DNA of 32,000 nucleotides from Xanthomonas cerealis pv. cerealis (GTDB lineage Bacteria; Pseudomonadota; Gammaproteobacteria; Xanthomonadales; Xanthomonadaceae): NCBI RefSeq assembly GCF_021903335.1, contig NZ_CP074364.1; one strand, 5' to 3'. Shown piece by piece: positions 29,921 to 32,000 of this stretch (position 1 is its first letter; each line of letters starts with the position of its first letter). The notes under the pieces were generated by a model. It saw only the letters and a program-made list of their open reading frames with translations, ran no database searches and was not told where the DNA came from. The position numbers and the translations under genes were made by a program.

Positions 29921-31777
29921 CTACTCGCCTGCCGGATCGGGCACCGGCAGTCCGTGCAGGTTAGCGTAGATTCGCGCGGCGAGTGCGTCGTTGATGCCTT
30001 CCACGCGCGCGATCTCCGCTTCGCCGGCGGCCTTGAGCCCGGCCAGCCCGCCGAAATGCTTCAACAGGCTGGCGCGGCGGCGCGGACCGATGCCGGCGAT
30101 GTCTTCCAGCTTGCTGGTCATGCGCGCTTTCTGGCGCCGCCCGCGGTGGCCGGTGATCGCGAAACGGTGCGCCTCGTCACGTACCTGCTGAATGAACTGC
30201 AGCGCCGGCGAGGCCGCGCCGGGGCGCAGTTCGCGCCCGTCCGGCATCACCAGGGTCTCGTGGCCGGCGCGGCGTTCGGCGCCCTTGGCCACGCCGATCA
30301 CCAGGATGCCGTCCACGCCCAGGTCGGCGAGCGCGGCGTTGGCCTGCGCCAGCTGGCCGGCGCCACCGTCGATCAGCAGCACGTCGGGCAGCACCACGTC
30401 GGCCTTGTCGCCCTCCGCGGCGCGGCGGAAACGGCGTTCGATCGCCTGGCGCATCGCCGCGTAGTCGTCGCCCGGCTCGATGCCGCTGATGTTGTAGCGC
30501 CGGTACTGGCTGCGCACCGGGCCGCTGGCGTCGAACACCACGCACGAGGCCACGGTGGCCTCGCCCATGGTGTGGCTGATGTCGAAGCACTCCGCGCGCC
30601 GGACCGGCTCGGCCAGCCCCAGCATCTCGCGCAAGGCCTCGCTGCGCGCGTGCTGCGCGTTGCGGCTGGTGAGTTCGGTGGCCAGCGTGGCCTGCGCGTT
30701 GCGGCTGGCCAGCTCCAGGTAGCCGGCGCGCTCGCCGCGCACGTTCCAGCGCAATTGCACCTTGCGCTCGGCGGCCGAACCCAGCGCCGCTTCGATCAGC
30801 TCGGCGTCGGGGATCTCACGGTCCAGCAGCACCTCGCGCGGCGGCGGCTGTTCGGCGTAGTACTGCGACACGAACGCGCCGAGCACTTCGGCGGCGCTGT
30901 CCTCGCCGTTGGTCTTGGGGAAGAACGCGCGGGTGCCGAGATTGCGGCCGTCGCGGAACGCCAGCAGCAGCACGCAGGCGTTGGCGCCCTGCATCGCGCA
31001 GGCGAGCACGTCCAGGTCGGCGGCGCGGCCGTCCACGTACTGCCGGCTCTGCATGCTGCGCAGCGAGCCGAGCAGGTCGCGCAGGCGCGCAGCGCGTTCG
31101 AACTCAAGCTGTTCGCTGGCGGCCTGCATCGCCTGCACCAGTTCCTCGCCGAGCTGGTCGCTGCGCCCGTCCAGGAACATCTTCGCGCGGCGCACCGATT
31201 CGGCGTAGTCGTCGGCCGCCACCAACGCCACGCACGGCGCGCTGCAGCGGCCGATCTGGTACTGCAGGCACGGCCGCGAGCGGTTGCGGAACACGCTGTC
31301 CTCGCAGCTGCGCAGCTTGAACAGCTTGTGCATCAGGTTCAGCGTCTCGCGCACGGCAGTGACGCCGGGATACGGGCCGAAGTAGCGCCCGAGCACCGCG
31401 CGCGGGCCGCGGTGCAGCGCGATCCGCGGCCACTCCTCGCGGGTCAGCAGCACGTAGGGATAGCTCTTGTCGTCGCGCAGCGACACGTTGTAGCGCGGCG
31501 CCAGCGACTTGATCAGCTGGTTTTCCAGCAGCAGCGCCTCGTCTTCGCTGCGGGTCACGGTGACGTCCATGCGTGCGACCTGGGCCAGCATCGCCATGGT
31601 CCGCGCGTTCTTCGGCGAGGCGCTGAAATAGCTGGACACGCGCTTGCGCAGCGCGCCGGCCTTGCCGACGTAGAGCAAGGTGTCGTCGGCCGCGTACATG
31701 CGGTACACGCCGGGCGCGGTGCTGAGGTTGGCGGCGAAGGCCTTGCCGTCGAACGGGGGCAGTGCGGATGCGGTCAT
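29921..31777 (-). CDS. uvrC: Excinuclease ABC subunit C
   Basis: From the ATG at 31777 the translation is MTASALPPFDGKAFAANLSTAPGVYRMYAADDTLLYVGKAGALRKRVSSYF (GIY-YIG N-domain). The UvrBC region, the endonuclease domain and a C-terminal (HhH)2 (LEDIAGIGPRRRASLLKHFGGL) follow. The track ORF reaching 31984 is an out-of-gene extension. The ATG overlaps the upstream stop (ATGA). Confidence 0.9.
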   Translation of the reverse strand: MTASALPPFDGKAFAANLSTAPGVYRMYAADDTLLYVGKAGALRKRVSSYFSASPKNARTMAMLAQVARMDVTVTRSEDEALLLENQLIKSLAPRYNVSLRDDKSYPYVLLTREEWPRIALHRGPRAVLGRYFGPYPGVTAVRETLNLMHKLFKLRSCEDSVFRNRSRPCLQYQIGRCSAPCVALVAADDYAESVRRAKMFLDGRSDQLGEELVQAMQAASEQLEFERAARLRDLLGSLRSMQSRQYVDGRAADLDVLACAMQGANACVLLLAFRDGRNLGTRAFFPKTNGEDSAAEVLGAFVSQYYAEQPPPREVLLDREIPDAELIEAALGSAAERKVQLRWNVRGERAGYLELASRNAQATLATELTSRNAQHARSEALREMLGLAEPVRRAECFDISHTMGEATVASCVVFDASGPVRSQYRRYNISGIEPGDDYAAMRQAIERRFRRAAEGDKADVVLPDVLLIDGGAGQLAQANAALADLGVDGILVIGVAKGAERRAGHETLVMPDGRELRPGAASPALQFIQQVRDEAHRFAITGHRGRRQKARMTSKLEDIAGIGPRRRASLLKHFGGLAGLKAAGEAEIARVEGINDALAARIYANLHGLPVPDPAGE

Positions 31778-32000
31778 TCGCTGATCGGCACGTCGCTCAG
31801 TTCGCCGCTGGCGATGTCGTAGCGCAACACCGCGTGGGCATCGGCCTCGGCGATCCACACCGTGCCGGCGCTCACCGCCAGCCCGGCCGGGCCATGCAGG
31901 CGCCGCGGCAAGGGCGTGGTCGACAGTTCGCCGCCGCCCAGGCGCAGGCTGCGCAGGCTGCCGTTGCCGCTGTCGGCGATCCACAGCAGCGGCGCATCCG
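31774..32000 (-). CDS. 3' end of an upstream gene (beta-propeller/NHL-repeat-like C-terminus), partial
   Basis: The frame is open from the right edge and reads ...DAPLLWIADSGNGSLRSLRLGGGELSTTPLPRRLHGPAGLAVSAGTVWIAEADAHAVLRYDIASGELSDVPISE*. GC3 is high and the stop overlaps the uvrC start. The product guess is weak. Confidence 0.5.
   Translation of the reverse strand, partial: DAPLLWIADSGNGSLRSLRLGGGELSTTPLPRRLHGPAGLAVSAGTVWIAEADAHAVLRYDIASGELSDVPISE

Overview
High-GC (roughly 65-70%) proteobacterial chromosome, probably Xanthomonadales-like (an inference from composition and synteny). Almost every real gene is on the minus strand. The many long plus-strand ORFs in the track are antisense shadows typical of high-GC DNA. 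Reading right to left, which is the minus-strand 5'->3' direction, the window holds three blocks. (1) A housekeeping block: partial beta-propeller-like gene, uvrC, pgsA, tRNA-Gly(GCC) and a terminator. (2) A type VI secretion (T6SS) spike/effector region: vgrG, an unclassified 541-aa TPR-like gene, then a tandem array of four Rhs elements. These are two intact ~1,600-aa Rhs toxins with near-identical ~3.3-kb 5' cores (~3.6 kb including shared upstream sequence) but unrelated low-GC C-terminal toxin/immunity cassettes, one internally deleted orphan Rhs-CT with a GIY-YIG-like toxin, and one dead copy with an N-terminal deletion, an in-frame TGA and no toxin. (3) After one convergent plus-strand gene, T6SS core/accessory genes: a TagX-like M15 peptidoglycan peptidase, a stand-alone PAAR, a membrane-anchored ketosynthase-fold-like protein and tssM, which runs off the left edge. 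The best candidates for new biology are: an unclassified Rhs toxin paired with a pentapeptide-repeat (DNA-mimic type) immunity protein; a 170-215-aa hypervariable low-complexity insertion inside the normally compact C-terminal Rhs shell; the unclassified gene between vgrG and rhs; the ketosynthase-like protein in the tssM operon; and clear recombination scars that record how the array formed. No CRISPR array, IS element, integrase or rRNA was seen. All family assignments come from motif-level reading of translations, not from database searches.
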